From: Novosphingobium sp. | GTDB taxonomy: Bacteria > Pseudomonadota > Alphaproteobacteria > Sphingomonadales > Sphingomonadaceae | Direction: 5' to 3' | NCBI RefSeq assembly: GCF_019748365.1 | Contig: NZ_JAIEPN010000035.1 | Coordinates: 46,911-110,910, forward strand | DNA length: 64,000 nucleotides | Shown here: positions 49,588 to 58,084 of the stretch, in pieces | Layout: each line of letters begins with the position of its first letter | Numbering within the stretch: the first letter of the stretch is position 1 | Program-made: the position numbers and the translations under genes | Notes under the pieces: model-generated | What the model saw: the letters and a program-made list of their open reading frames with translations, nothing else | What the model was told of the DNA's origin: nothing | Databases searched by the model: none

Positions 49588-50853
49588 TCAGGCGGGAAGA
49601 GGCGCGCGGCGGGCGACAACGCGCGGGGCGGATTCGACAAGGCCGAGCGCGCAGAACCCGGCAAGAATGCACAGCGCGAACATGAGCCACAGCGCAGCGG
49701 AGAGGCCGTAGACATCGGCCAGCGCCCCGGCAAGGAAGGGGCTGAGCACGCCGCCCAGCACCTCGCCGGTGCCCATGACCACACCGGTGAGCGTAGCGGT
49801 GAGACGCGGAACGACCGATTCCGAAGGGATCGTCGCCATGAACATCGGGAACAGGCCATTGAGGCCCCACCCGAAGAAGAAGATCGCCGCCAGCACCCAG
49901 GTCGAGCCGGTGAAGTAGAGCCCGCCGAGCGGCAGGATCACGCCGAGAAAGGAGAAGCCGATCATCACCGGGCGGCGCCCGATGGCATCGGAAATGGCCG
50001 GGACGACAAAGCTGCCGAGGCCCGCCGAAAGGCCGAGAGTCGCCATCAGCCAGCCCATTGTCTCGGGCGCGAAGCCGCGCTCCTTGGTGAGATAGAGCGG
50101 CATGAAGGCCCAGCAGACGACAAGGTAAGAGACGAGCAGCACCGAGATCACCGCGCAGAGCACGACATTGCGGTGGCGGAAGGCTTCGGAAAGCGGTACT
50201 GTCGGCTTCTCGCCAAACGCGAGATGGTGCGCTTCGGCGGGCGGTTCGCGCAAGGTAAACCAGATCAGCAGCGCGGTGAGGAGGCCGGGCGCGGCGGCGA
50301 GATAGAACCCCTCGCGCCAGCCATAAGCCGCAGCAACCGGGACCAGCAGAATCGGCGCAAGCCCAGAACCGAGCAGGTTCGAACCGAGGTTCTGCGCCAC
50401 GCCCATCGCCATGCCGCGCCGCTCGGGTGCGACTTCGCTGACGATCATCGAATGGCTGACCGGCATCACACCGCCCTCCGCCGCGCCCATCAGCAGGCGC
50501 GCACCGAGCAGCATGAAGAACGAGGAGGCAAGGCCCGAGGCGAAGGAGCACAGGCAGAACGCGATGGTCGCGACCACGACCACGGGTTTGCGCGAGCCGA
50601 GCTTGTCCGAAATGCGCCCCACCGCAAGGCCGGACAGCGCCCAGGTGAGCGAAAGCGCCGAGCTGAACATGCCCACCTGCGTGTTGCTGAGCTGCAGATC
50701 GGGCTGCACAAAGGGCATGAGGAAATTGAGCGCGTTGCGGTCGAAGAACAGGATCCCGAAGTTTAGGCTGAGCAGCCCGACAACCCAAGCCTGATAGCCG
50801 CCGCTGGCGCGCTGTGAGGCGTCCACGCTGGACGTGTGCGGGGCGCCGCTCAC
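49588..50853 (-). CDS. MFS transporter (aromatic acid/ACS-like)
   Basis: FFDRNAL, GRISDKLGSRK, ARLLMGAAEG, SDAIGRR; 12 TM pattern; GTGA overlap. Confidence 0.88.
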   Translation of the reverse strand: MSGAPHTSSVDASQRASGGYQAWVVGLLSLNFGILFFDRNALNFLMPFVQPDLQLSNTQVGMFSSALSLTWALSGLAVGRISDKLGSRKPVVVVATIAFCLCSFASGLASSFFMLLGARLLMGAAEGGVMPVSHSMIVSEVAPERRGMAMGVAQNLGSNLLGSGLAPILLVPVAAAYGWREGFYLAAAPGLLTALLIWFTLREPPAEAHHLAFGEKPTVPLSEAFRHRNVVLCAVISVLLVSYLVVCWAFMPLYLTKERGFAPETMGWLMATLGLSAGLGSFVVPAISDAIGRRPVMIGFSFLGVILPLGGLYFTGSTWVLAAIFFFGWGLNGLFPMFMATIPSESVVPRLTATLTGVVMGTGEVLGGVLSPFLAGALADVYGLSAALWLMFALCILAGFCALGLVESAPRVVARRAPLPA

Positions 50854-51404
50854 AGGAACGGCCTCACGGGCGCGGTCTCGCCGTCCCAATCCTGCGCGGC
50901 CTGCCACTGCGCGGTGAACAGCGTGTTCATGCCCTCGGTCGCGGGGATCAGTTCAAGGAAACCGGGCGCGGCGGGATCGGCGCTTTTGAGATAGGCGACC
51001 GAGCCGCCGGTGGGCACCGGCGCGCGAAAAGCAAGGGTGTGGCCGCGATCAAGGTAATCGGCAAGCGCCGCATCGACATCGGTGAAGGCAATGCCGAAGT
51101 GGTGGAAACCGTAGCCGCGCGCCTCGATGGTTTCGCGGTAGACGGACGGGTGATCATCAAGCGGCTGGATCAGTTCGATCTGCATGTGCCCGGCAAAACC
51201 CATCGCGATCGCGACATCGGCCTGCGACGGCGCGCCGCGATAGACCTGTCCCTCACCCAGGAAGTGCTCGAGCAGGAAGAAAGGCCCTGCCCCGCAGTCG
51301 CGCTGGAAGTGGGTGATTGCGGCATGGATGTCAGCCACCACGAACGCGGTCTGCACCACGCCCCCGATGCGCTGTCCAAAGCCCAGAGCCTGCACCATTC
51401 CCAC
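50850..51404 (-). CDS. VOC family protein (glyoxalase/methylmalonyl-CoA epimerase-like)
   Basis: QTAFVVADI, QIELIQP, GFHHFG, LELI metal-binding pattern. Confidence 0.8.
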   Translation of the reverse strand: MGMVQALGFGQRIGGVVQTAFVVADIHAAITHFQRDCGAGPFFLLEHFLGEGQVYRGAPSQADVAIAMGFAGHMQIELIQPLDDHPSVYRETIEARGYGFHHFGIAFTDVDAALADYLDRGHTLAFRAPVPTGGSVAYLKSADPAAPGFLELIPATEGMNTLFTAQWQAAQDWDGETAPVRPFL

Positions 51405-51474
51405 TCCACCCCTTCCCTCGCGCCCGCCGTTTGTCCGGCTGGGCCATTATGGTTCGGGCCTTTCGGCCCCAATG

Positions 51475-52488
51475 TCAGAGCGTAATCACCACCTTGCCGA
51501 ACAGCGCGCTGGACGACTGGTAGCGATAGGCCTCCAGCGCCTGTTCGATACCGAACGAGCGGTCGATCACCGGCTTGATGGCGTGCGTATCGATGAAGGC
51601 ATTGAGCCGGCTCGCCATGCCGCGCGAGCCGACGAAGATGCCGCGGATGCTGCCGCCCTTGAACATCAGGGGATGGGGATTGGTATCGCCCTCGCGGGTC
51701 AGCACGCCGATCAGCGCGATCTCGCCGCCGAAACCGACCGCGGTGATGCTTTGCTTGAGCGTGCCAGCACCGCCGACTTCGACGACATGGTCAACGCCGC
51801 CGCCGGAAAGATCAGCCGCAGCGGTGCCCCAGGCCGGCACTTCGCGGTAGTTGATCGTCTTGTCCGCGCCGAGCGCGGCGGCGCGGACGAGCTTTTCATC
51901 GGACGAGCTTGTCGCAATCACTTGCGCGCCGGCCGCCTTGGCGATCTGCAACGCAAGCAGCGAAACGCCGCCGGTGCCGAGCACCAGCACACTTTCGCCC
52001 GCACGGACCGGGTGCGGCCCTTCCATCAACGCGTTCCATGCGGTGACACCCGCGCAGGGCAGGCAGGCCGCTTCCTCGAACGAGAGGCTTGCCGCCAGCG
52101 GCACGACGCCGTGTTCGGGCAGAACGACAAGGTCCTGCAGCATGCCGGTCGCAGGCGGCGCCCCGAGTGCCGGGCCAGCGCCCGGGTTCGGCGGGCCATC
52201 GAGCCAGTTCTGGAAGAAAGTTCCGGCGACGCGGTCGCCCGGCTTTACCGAGGTCACCCCTGCCCCGACTGCAACGACTTCACCCGCGCCATCGGACAAG
52301 GGGACCGTATCCACTGCAACGGCGCCGCCCATATAAAGGCCCAGCGGGATGATCTGGTCGCGGTAGTTTAGCGAGCAGGCGCGCACCCGCACCAGAACTT
52401 CACCGGGGCCTGCCTGCGGCTCGGGCACATCACGCAGAGCCATGTCGCCCAGCGACGTCGCGCCCGCCCGGATCACCCACTGCCGCAT
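51475..52488 (-). CDS. NAD(P)-dependent MDR/quinone-oxidoreductase-like dehydrogenase
   Basis: ACSLNYRD, SDGAGEV, PCAGVTAWNAL, GTGGVS, FGKVVI. Confidence 0.88.
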   Translation of the reverse strand: MRQWVIRAGATSLGDMALRDVPEPQAGPGEVLVRVRACSLNYRDQIIPLGLYMGGAVAVDTVPLSDGAGEVVAVGAGVTSVKPGDRVAGTFFQNWLDGPPNPGAGPALGAPPATGMLQDLVVLPEHGVVPLAASLSFEEAACLPCAGVTAWNALMEGPHPVRAGESVLVLGTGGVSLLALQIAKAAGAQVIATSSSDEKLVRAAALGADKTINYREVPAWGTAAADLSGGGVDHVVEVGGAGTLKQSITAVGFGGEIALIGVLTREGDTNPHPLMFKGGSIRGIFVGSRGMASRLNAFIDTHAIKPVIDRSFGIEQALEAYRYQSSSALFGKVVITL

Positions 52489-52563
52489 GCTTTTTGCCTC
52501 CCTCGTGTTCTGAGCGCGATAGTCGCACAGGCGGCTGTCAATTTAATCAGCAAGACAAACTGA

Positions 52564-52578
52564 TTTCACATAGTGCAA
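52564..52578. promoter_or_regulatory. Putative IclR operator (leftward operon)
   Basis: TTTCAC-ATA-GTGCAA 15-bp imperfect palindrome in an AT-rich promoter region. Confidence 0.6.
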
Positions 52579-52609
52579 TTGCTGCAGGCTGCGATGCGCA
52601 AAAGACTGA

Positions 52610-53437
52610 TCATGCGGCATTTCCCGCAATCGGTGCATGGACCGATTGCGCAGCAACCGCCTGTCCGATCGCCAGCGCTGTCTGGTGCAGCGCATCGAGA
52701 TGGCGGTGCATCACCGCCTCATCCGTCCCGCGCTTGGCCGGCCAGGTCAGGTTGATCGTGGCAATCGGCGCGCCATTGGCCGTGATCGCAACCGCCATAG
52801 AGCGCCGCCCGTCGCGCAGCACAAGCTGCTTCGAACGATCCGGCCAGGGGTGCATCGGCTCGCGCAAGGCATAGCCGCGTTCGCGGGTTTCCTTGAGGAT
52901 CGCGCGCAAGTCTTCCTCGCTGCCCGCTGCGGCATCCTTGGGGCGTAGCCGTGCGATGATCGCCTCGCGCTCCTGCTCGTCACAGGCAGCGAGGTAGGCA
53001 CGGCCGGTGGCTGTGTGGATATAGGAAAGCTTCACTCCGACAGGACCAAGAATGGCGGAATCGAGCCGGAACAGCGGGCTGTTGGTCTCGAGAATCTCCA
53101 TGTGATCAAGGCGCGGGACGCCCAGCACCGAAGGCCACGCCACCTTGGTGGAAAGCGCTTTCATGTAGGGCGAGGCGATTTCGGCGATGTGCTCGACCGC
53201 GTTGCCGGTGCCGCGGGCCGCAGGGCCCAGATGCGGGAGATAGGCTCCATCGGCAAGCCGCTGCCAGATAAGCCCCTTACGCCCGAGCGTGAGCAGCATG
53301 CGCAGCAAAGTCGCCTTGGGAAGCCTCAGCGCCTGATGGAGTTCGTGCAGGCTGGCAGCGCGGCGCGCCTGCACTTCGATCAGCACATCGAGCCCGCGTT
53401 CAAGCGCGCGCACTGTCTTTACCTTGCGTTCCAGCAT
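52610..53437 (-). CDS. IclR family regulator (MhpR-like)
   Basis: VRALERGLDVL, LPKATLLRML, TATGRAYLA, RERGYA. Confidence 0.9.
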   Translation of the reverse strand: MLERKVKTVRALERGLDVLIEVQARRAASLHELHQALRLPKATLLRMLLTLGRKGLIWQRLADGAYLPHLGPAARGTGNAVEHIAEIASPYMKALSTKVAWPSVLGVPRLDHMEILETNSPLFRLDSAILGPVGVKLSYIHTATGRAYLAACDEQEREAIIARLRPKDAAAGSEEDLRAILKETRERGYALREPMHPWPDRSKQLVLRDGRRSMAVAITANGAPIATINLTWPAKRGTDEAVMHRHLDALHQTALAIGQAVAAQSVHAPIAGNAA

Positions 53438-53492
53438 CGCCTCTTCCCGGTGCTTTCTGCGCTGCCGGGTGCCCACCGGCTCCGTCAGCGTG

Positions 53493-53507
53493 TTTCACCA
53501 TATGCAA
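53493..53507. promoter_or_regulatory. Putative IclR operator (divergent iclR / carboxylase promoter)
   Basis: TTTCAC-CAT-ATGCAA, matching the 52564 site. Confidence 0.6.
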
Positions 53508-53581
53508 CGCGCACTTCGCATACCGTGGTGCAAAGTCAACCGCGATGACGCACTCTTGGGGCAGGGAGACAAGGGATAGCC

Positions 53582-54820
53582 ATGGCCGACACATCGCTGC
53601 CGAGCGTCATGCTCATCGTGACGCAGGATACCAAGGAAGAGGAATCGCGCTTTGTCCGCACCGTGCTGGAAGCGGCAGGCGTGCGCGTCGTGCATCTCGA
53701 TCCGAGCGTACGTCGCACCGTCGGCGGGGCCGAGATTTCGCCCGAGGACGTGGCGGCAGCAGCCGGCATGACCATCGAGGACGTCCGCGCGCTGGGCCAT
53801 GAAGGCAAGTGCCAGGACGCGATGATCCGCGGTTCGATCGCTGCGGCGCACGCATGGAACGCCAAGGATCCGATCTCCGGCATTCTCGCCGTCGGCGGCT
53901 CGATGGGCTCGGCGCTCGCCGGCGCGCTCATGCAGAGCTTCCCTTATGGCCTGCCGCGCATGATCGTCTCGACGATGGCCTCCGGTTTCACCAAGCCCTA
54001 TATGGGCGTGCAGGACATCGCGATGATGAACGCGGTGACCGACATTTCCGGGCTCAATTCGATCAGCCGCGATGTGTTCCGCAATGCCGCCAACGCCGTC
54101 GCCGGCATGGCCAGGGGCTATGATCCCAAGGCGGCGGCGGAAAGGCCGCTGGTGCTGATCACCACGCTCGGCACCACCGAGGCGAGCGTCAAGCGCATCC
54201 GCGAGGCGCTGGAAAACGATGGCTGCGAGGTCATGGTGTTCCACTCCTCGGGCGCGGGCGGGCCGACGCTCGATGGCCTTGCGGCAGGCAAGGATGTCGC
54301 GCTGGTGCTCGATCTTTCGCAGACCGAGATCATTGACCACATCTTCGGCGGCCTCGCCGATACCGGGCCGGACCGGGGCCGCGCGGCGCTGCTCAAGGGC
54401 ATTCCGACGATCCTCGCGCCGGGCAATGCGGACTTCATTATTGGCGGGCCGATCGACGTCGCGCGCGTGCAGTTCCCCGGACGGCGGTATCACGAGCACA
54501 ACCCGCAGTTGACCGCAGTGCGCACGACCTTCGAGGACCTCAAGAAGCTCGCCGATCACCTCGCTGCCAATGTGCGCGACGCCAAGGGGCCGGTGCGCGT
54601 GTTCACCCCGCTCCACGGCTTTTCCAACCACGACAGCCCGGCCGGCCACCTGATGGACCCGAGCGTGCCGCCGCCCTTTGCCGAGTATCTGCGGGCCGTG
54701 ATGCCCGCAGAAGTGCCGGTGACCGCAATCGACGCCCACTTCAACGAGACCGCCTTCTCCGACGCGATCATCGCCGCCGCGCGCGAGATGCTGGCCAATG
54801 GGCATGAGGGCCGAGCATGA
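53582..54820 (+). CDS. Tm-1-like ATP-binding domain protein (UPF0261)
   Basis: VTQDTKEEE, GGSMGS, PYGLPRMIVST, DIAMMNAVTDISGLN, VFHSSGAGG, HEHNPQLTAVRT, AHFN. Confidence 0.85.
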   Translation: MADTSLPSVMLIVTQDTKEEESRFVRTVLEAAGVRVVHLDPSVRRTVGGAEISPEDVAAAAGMTIEDVRALGHEGKCQDAMIRGSIAAAHAWNAKDPISGILAVGGSMGSALAGALMQSFPYGLPRMIVSTMASGFTKPYMGVQDIAMMNAVTDISGLNSISRDVFRNAANAVAGMARGYDPKAAAERPLVLITTLGTTEASVKRIREALENDGCEVMVFHSSGAGGPTLDGLAAGKDVALVLDLSQTEIIDHIFGGLADTGPDRGRAALLKGIPTILAPGNADFIIGGPIDVARVQFPGRRYHEHNPQLTAVRTTFEDLKKLADHLAANVRDAKGPVRVFTPLHGFSNHDSPAGHLMDPSVPPPFAEYLRAVMPAEVPVTAIDAHFNETAFSDAIIAAAREMLANGHEGRA

Positions 54821-55263
54821 ACGAGGACCTACCCCTTACCGCGGAGGATATCGCCGAAATCGCGGCGATCATCGAGGCCTCGCCCTATCGCGAGCTGGAC
54901 CTTTCGACGAGGCGGTTCCGCCTGCGGCTCGCACGAGGCGACGGGGCCGAAGCGGGCCTGACTCAGGAATGGCAGTGGGCGGGGAGCGGTCCTGAAGCGG
55001 CAGTCGCCGAGGCCGAGCACGCGGCCGATCCCGATACGATTGCTGCGCCACTTCCCGGCACCTTCTATCACGCGCCGCAGCCCGGTGCCCCGCCGTTCGT
55101 CGCGGTGGGCGATGCAGTCGGGCCGGAAACGGTCGTCGGCATTGTCGAGACGATGAAGCTGATGAACCCGGTGCACGCCGGGCGCGCCGGCACGGTAGCC
55201 GAAGTGATCGTGCCCAATGCGACGATGGTCGCCAAGGGCCAGCCCCTGATCCGGCTGGCCTGA
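54817..55263 (+). CDS. Biotin carboxyl carrier protein
   Basis: APLPGTFY, PPFV, VETMKLMN biotinylation motif. Confidence 0.92.
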   Translation: MNEDLPLTAEDIAEIAAIIEASPYRELDLSTRRFRLRLARGDGAEAGLTQEWQWAGSGPEAAVAEAEHAADPDTIAAPLPGTFYHAPQPGAPPFVAVGDAVGPETVVGIVETMKLMNPVHAGRAGTVAEVIVPNATMVAKGQPLIRLA

Positions 55264-55280
55264 GCGCAAAGGCCAGAACC

Positions 55281-56615
55281 ATGATCCGCCGACTGTTCAT
55301 TGCCAATCGCGGCGAGATCGCGCTGCGAGTGATCCGCACGGCCAAGGCGATGGGGATCACCACCGTGCTGGGTGTTTCCAGCGCCGATGCCGCCTCGCTA
55401 CCCGCGCTGATGGCCGACGAGACCGTGCTGCTCGGCCCCGGGCCATCCTCGCAGAGCTACCTCGACATCGACAAGGTCGTCGCGGCGATGGTTTCGGCCA
55501 AGTGCGACGCGGTGCATCCGGGCTACGGCTTCCTTTCCGAAAATGCTGCCTTCGCACGGGCTGTGGCGGATGCGGGGATCCGCTTTGTCGGCCCTGATAT
55601 CAAGACGCTCGAAGGCATGGGTGACAAGCTTGCCGCGCGCGCGCTGGCGCTTGAGGCGGGCTTGCCGGTCCTCCCCGGCGGCGAAGCTGCAACGCGCGGG
55701 GCGGTCCATGCCCGCGCCGCCGAGATCGGTTATCCGCTGCTGCTGAAAGCTGTCGCAGGCGGCGGCGGCAAAGGCATGCGCCGGGTCGACCGCGCCGAGG
55801 ACCTCGATACCGTGCTCGATATGGCGCAGGCCGAGGCGCAGGCTGCCTTTGGCAACAGCGCCGTCTATGTCGAGCGCTTCGTCGCCAAGGGGCGGCATGT
55901 CGAAGTGCAGCTCCTCGGCGATGGCAAGGCCGCCATCCACCTCGGCACGCGTGATTGCTCGATCCAGCGCAGGTTCCAGAAGCTGGTCGAGGAGGCCCCT
56001 GCCCCGGCCATGCCGGCAGAGGCTCGCGCGGGAATCGAGAATGCTGCGGTCCGCCTCGCGCAGCATATCGGCTATCGCGGTGCGGGAACGGCCGAGTTCC
56101 TTGTCGATGCGACCGACTTCTCGTTCTACTTCCTCGAGCTCAATGCGCGCATTCAGGTCGAGCATCCTGTGACCGAGGCAATTACCGGGGTCGATCTGGT
56201 CGAGCAGCAATTGCTCGTTGCGGCGGGCAAATCTCTTACCCTCACGCAGGCCATGGTCCGCCCGGTCGGCCATGCCATCGAAGTGCGCATCAATGCCGAA
56301 GACCCGGACGCCGATTTCTGCCCCGCGCCCGGCCGCGTGGCCCGCGCGGCCTGGCCCGCAGGCCGCGGCATTCGCGTCGATACTCACATCGCGGCGGGCG
56401 GCGAAGTCCCGCCTTTCTACGATTCACTGCTCGGCAAGCTGATTGTCCACGGCGCGACCCGCGAGGAAGCCGTCGCACGCCTCCAGTCGGCGCTTGCCAG
56501 CATCCGGATAGAAGGCGTGCCGACCACCGCCGGGCTCCACGCCCGCATCGCTGCCGATCCGCGCTTTGCCGCAGGCGGAGTTGACACCGGTTTCCTGACG
56601 GGGCTCGCATCATGA
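55281..56615 (+). CDS. Biotin carboxylase
   Basis: ANRGEIALR, HPGYGFLSENA, GGGGKGMR, RDCSIQRR, ELNARIQVEHPVTE, YDSLLGK. Confidence 0.94.
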   Translation: MIRRLFIANRGEIALRVIRTAKAMGITTVLGVSSADAASLPALMADETVLLGPGPSSQSYLDIDKVVAAMVSAKCDAVHPGYGFLSENAAFARAVADAGIRFVGPDIKTLEGMGDKLAARALALEAGLPVLPGGEAATRGAVHARAAEIGYPLLLKAVAGGGGKGMRRVDRAEDLDTVLDMAQAEAQAAFGNSAVYVERFVAKGRHVEVQLLGDGKAAIHLGTRDCSIQRRFQKLVEEAPAPAMPAEARAGIENAAVRLAQHIGYRGAGTAEFLVDATDFSFYFLELNARIQVEHPVTEAITGVDLVEQQLLVAAGKSLTLTQAMVRPVGHAIEVRINAEDPDADFCPAPGRVARAAWPAGRGIRVDTHIAAGGEVPPFYDSLLGKLIVHGATREEAVARLQSALASIRIEGVPTTAGLHARIAADPRFAAGGVDTGFLTGLAS

Positions 56616-58084
56616 CAACGCTAAAGCTGGTCGACGTGACCATGCGCGATGGCAACCAGAGCCTGTGGGGCGCCACCGGGCTCAACACTGCGCATATGCT
56701 GCAGGCCGCCGCGCTCACCGAGGCCTGCGGCTTTCGCGCCATTGACTTTACCTCGTCGAGCCACATGGCCGTCGCGGTCCGCTACTTCCGCAACAATCCG
56801 TGGGAACGGCTGCGGCGCATGGCATCGGCGATGCCCACCACGCCGCTACAGTTCATCACCACCGGCCTGCGCTTCATCGCCTGGCAGCAGGCGGACCCGG
56901 AGTTCATGCGGCTCGTCTACCGCGCGCTTCAGGTGAACGGCGTCGGTCGTTTCGTGCTGCTCGATCCGATGCATGAAGTGCCCGCGGTGATCGAGGCGGC
57001 GCGCCTGGTGAAGGAAGAAGGCAGCGCCGAAGTGATGTGCGCCCTCACCTTCACCCTCTCCGAGTTCCACACCGACCAGTTCTATGCCGATTTCGCCCGC
57101 GCCGTCGGCGAGAGCCCCGATATCGACCTTTTCTACATCAAGGACCCCTCGGGCCTCCTCTCGCTCGACCGGGTGCGTACGCTGGTGCCGGCGGTGAAGG
57201 CTGTGATCGGCAATCGTCCGCTCGAGATCCACGCCCACACCACGATTGGTCAGGGCATGCTCTCCAGCCTCGAGGCGGCGAGGCTGGGCATTTCGGCAAT
57301 CCATGTCGGCATCGGCGCGGCGGGTGATGGGTCTTCGCTGCCCGAGGCCAACCGCATGCTCGCCAATCTCGAAGAAGCGGGCCATACCGTCGAGATCGAC
57401 CGCGCGGCGCTGGCGAAGCTGACATCCTACTGGAACCGGCTGGCGCTTGCGGAAAACCTGCCGTTCGGACAGCCGCAGAACTTCGATGCAAGCTTCCTGC
57501 GCCACCAGATCGCCGGCGGCGTGATGACGACAACCGCGCGCCAGCTTGCCGAACTTGGCCTCTCCGACCGCTTGCCCGCTGTCATCGCCGAGACCGAGCA
57601 GGTCCGCGCCGAGCTCGGCTATCCGATTATGGTCACGCCCTTCCCGCAGATGGTCATGAGCCAGGCGCTATTCAATGTGATCGGGGATCGCCGTTATGCG
57701 CAAGTCTCCGATCAGGTGATCCGCTACTGCCTCGGCAAGTTCGGCAAGCCGACTTCGCCCATCGACAAGGGCGTGCTGGGGGCGATCATGGACCGGCCCC
57801 GCGCGCGCGAACTGGAGAACGAGCCCACTTTCCCCGCGCTCGGCGATCTCAGGCGCCAGTTCGGCCATGCCATGCCCGACGAGGAATTCCTGCTGCGCGC
57901 GGTCATGCCGCCCGAGCAGGTCGATGCGATGCTGGCCGCCGGGCCATCGCGCGCCACCTACACGCCCGAGGCCGCGCCGGTAATCGCGCTATTGCGCCAG
58001 CTGGCGGCAAAGCCAATCGCGCGCGACCTTGTCATCGAGCGCGGTGCGTTCCGCCTTGCCCTTCACGCCGGAGCCAGCCTGTGA
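56612..58084 (+). CDS. Stand-alone pyruvate-carboxylase-type carboxyltransferase (HMGL-like TIM barrel)
   Basis: DVTMRDGNQSLW, IKDPSG, EIHAHT, GYPIMVTP; no fused biotinyl domain. Confidence 0.88.
   Translation: MTTLKLVDVTMRDGNQSLWGATGLNTAHMLQAAALTEACGFRAIDFTSSSHMAVAVRYFRNNPWERLRRMASAMPTTPLQFITTGLRFIAWQQADPEFMRLVYRALQVNGVGRFVLLDPMHEVPAVIEAARLVKEEGSAEVMCALTFTLSEFHTDQFYADFARAVGESPDIDLFYIKDPSGLLSLDRVRTLVPAVKAVIGNRPLEIHAHTTIGQGMLSSLEAARLGISAIHVGIGAAGDGSSLPEANRMLANLEEAGHTVEIDRAALAKLTSYWNRLALAENLPFGQPQNFDASFLRHQIAGGVMTTTARQLAELGLSDRLPAVIAETEQVRAELGYPIMVTPFPQMVMSQALFNVIGDRRYAQVSDQVIRYCLGKFGKPTSPIDKGVLGAIMDRPRARELENEPTFPALGDLRRQFGHAMPDEEFLLRAVMPPEQVDAMLAAGPSRATYTPEAAPVIALLRQLAAKPIARDLVIERGAFRLALHAGASL

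Noticed and set aside
48623-50788. Apparent 721-aa and other N-terminally extended ORFs (e.g. 548-2122, 26794-29514, 40346-42154) suggesting fusions
   Set aside because: The extensions are off-frame readings of neighbouring genes; internal starts with ATGA/GTGA overlaps or RBS explain the real genes
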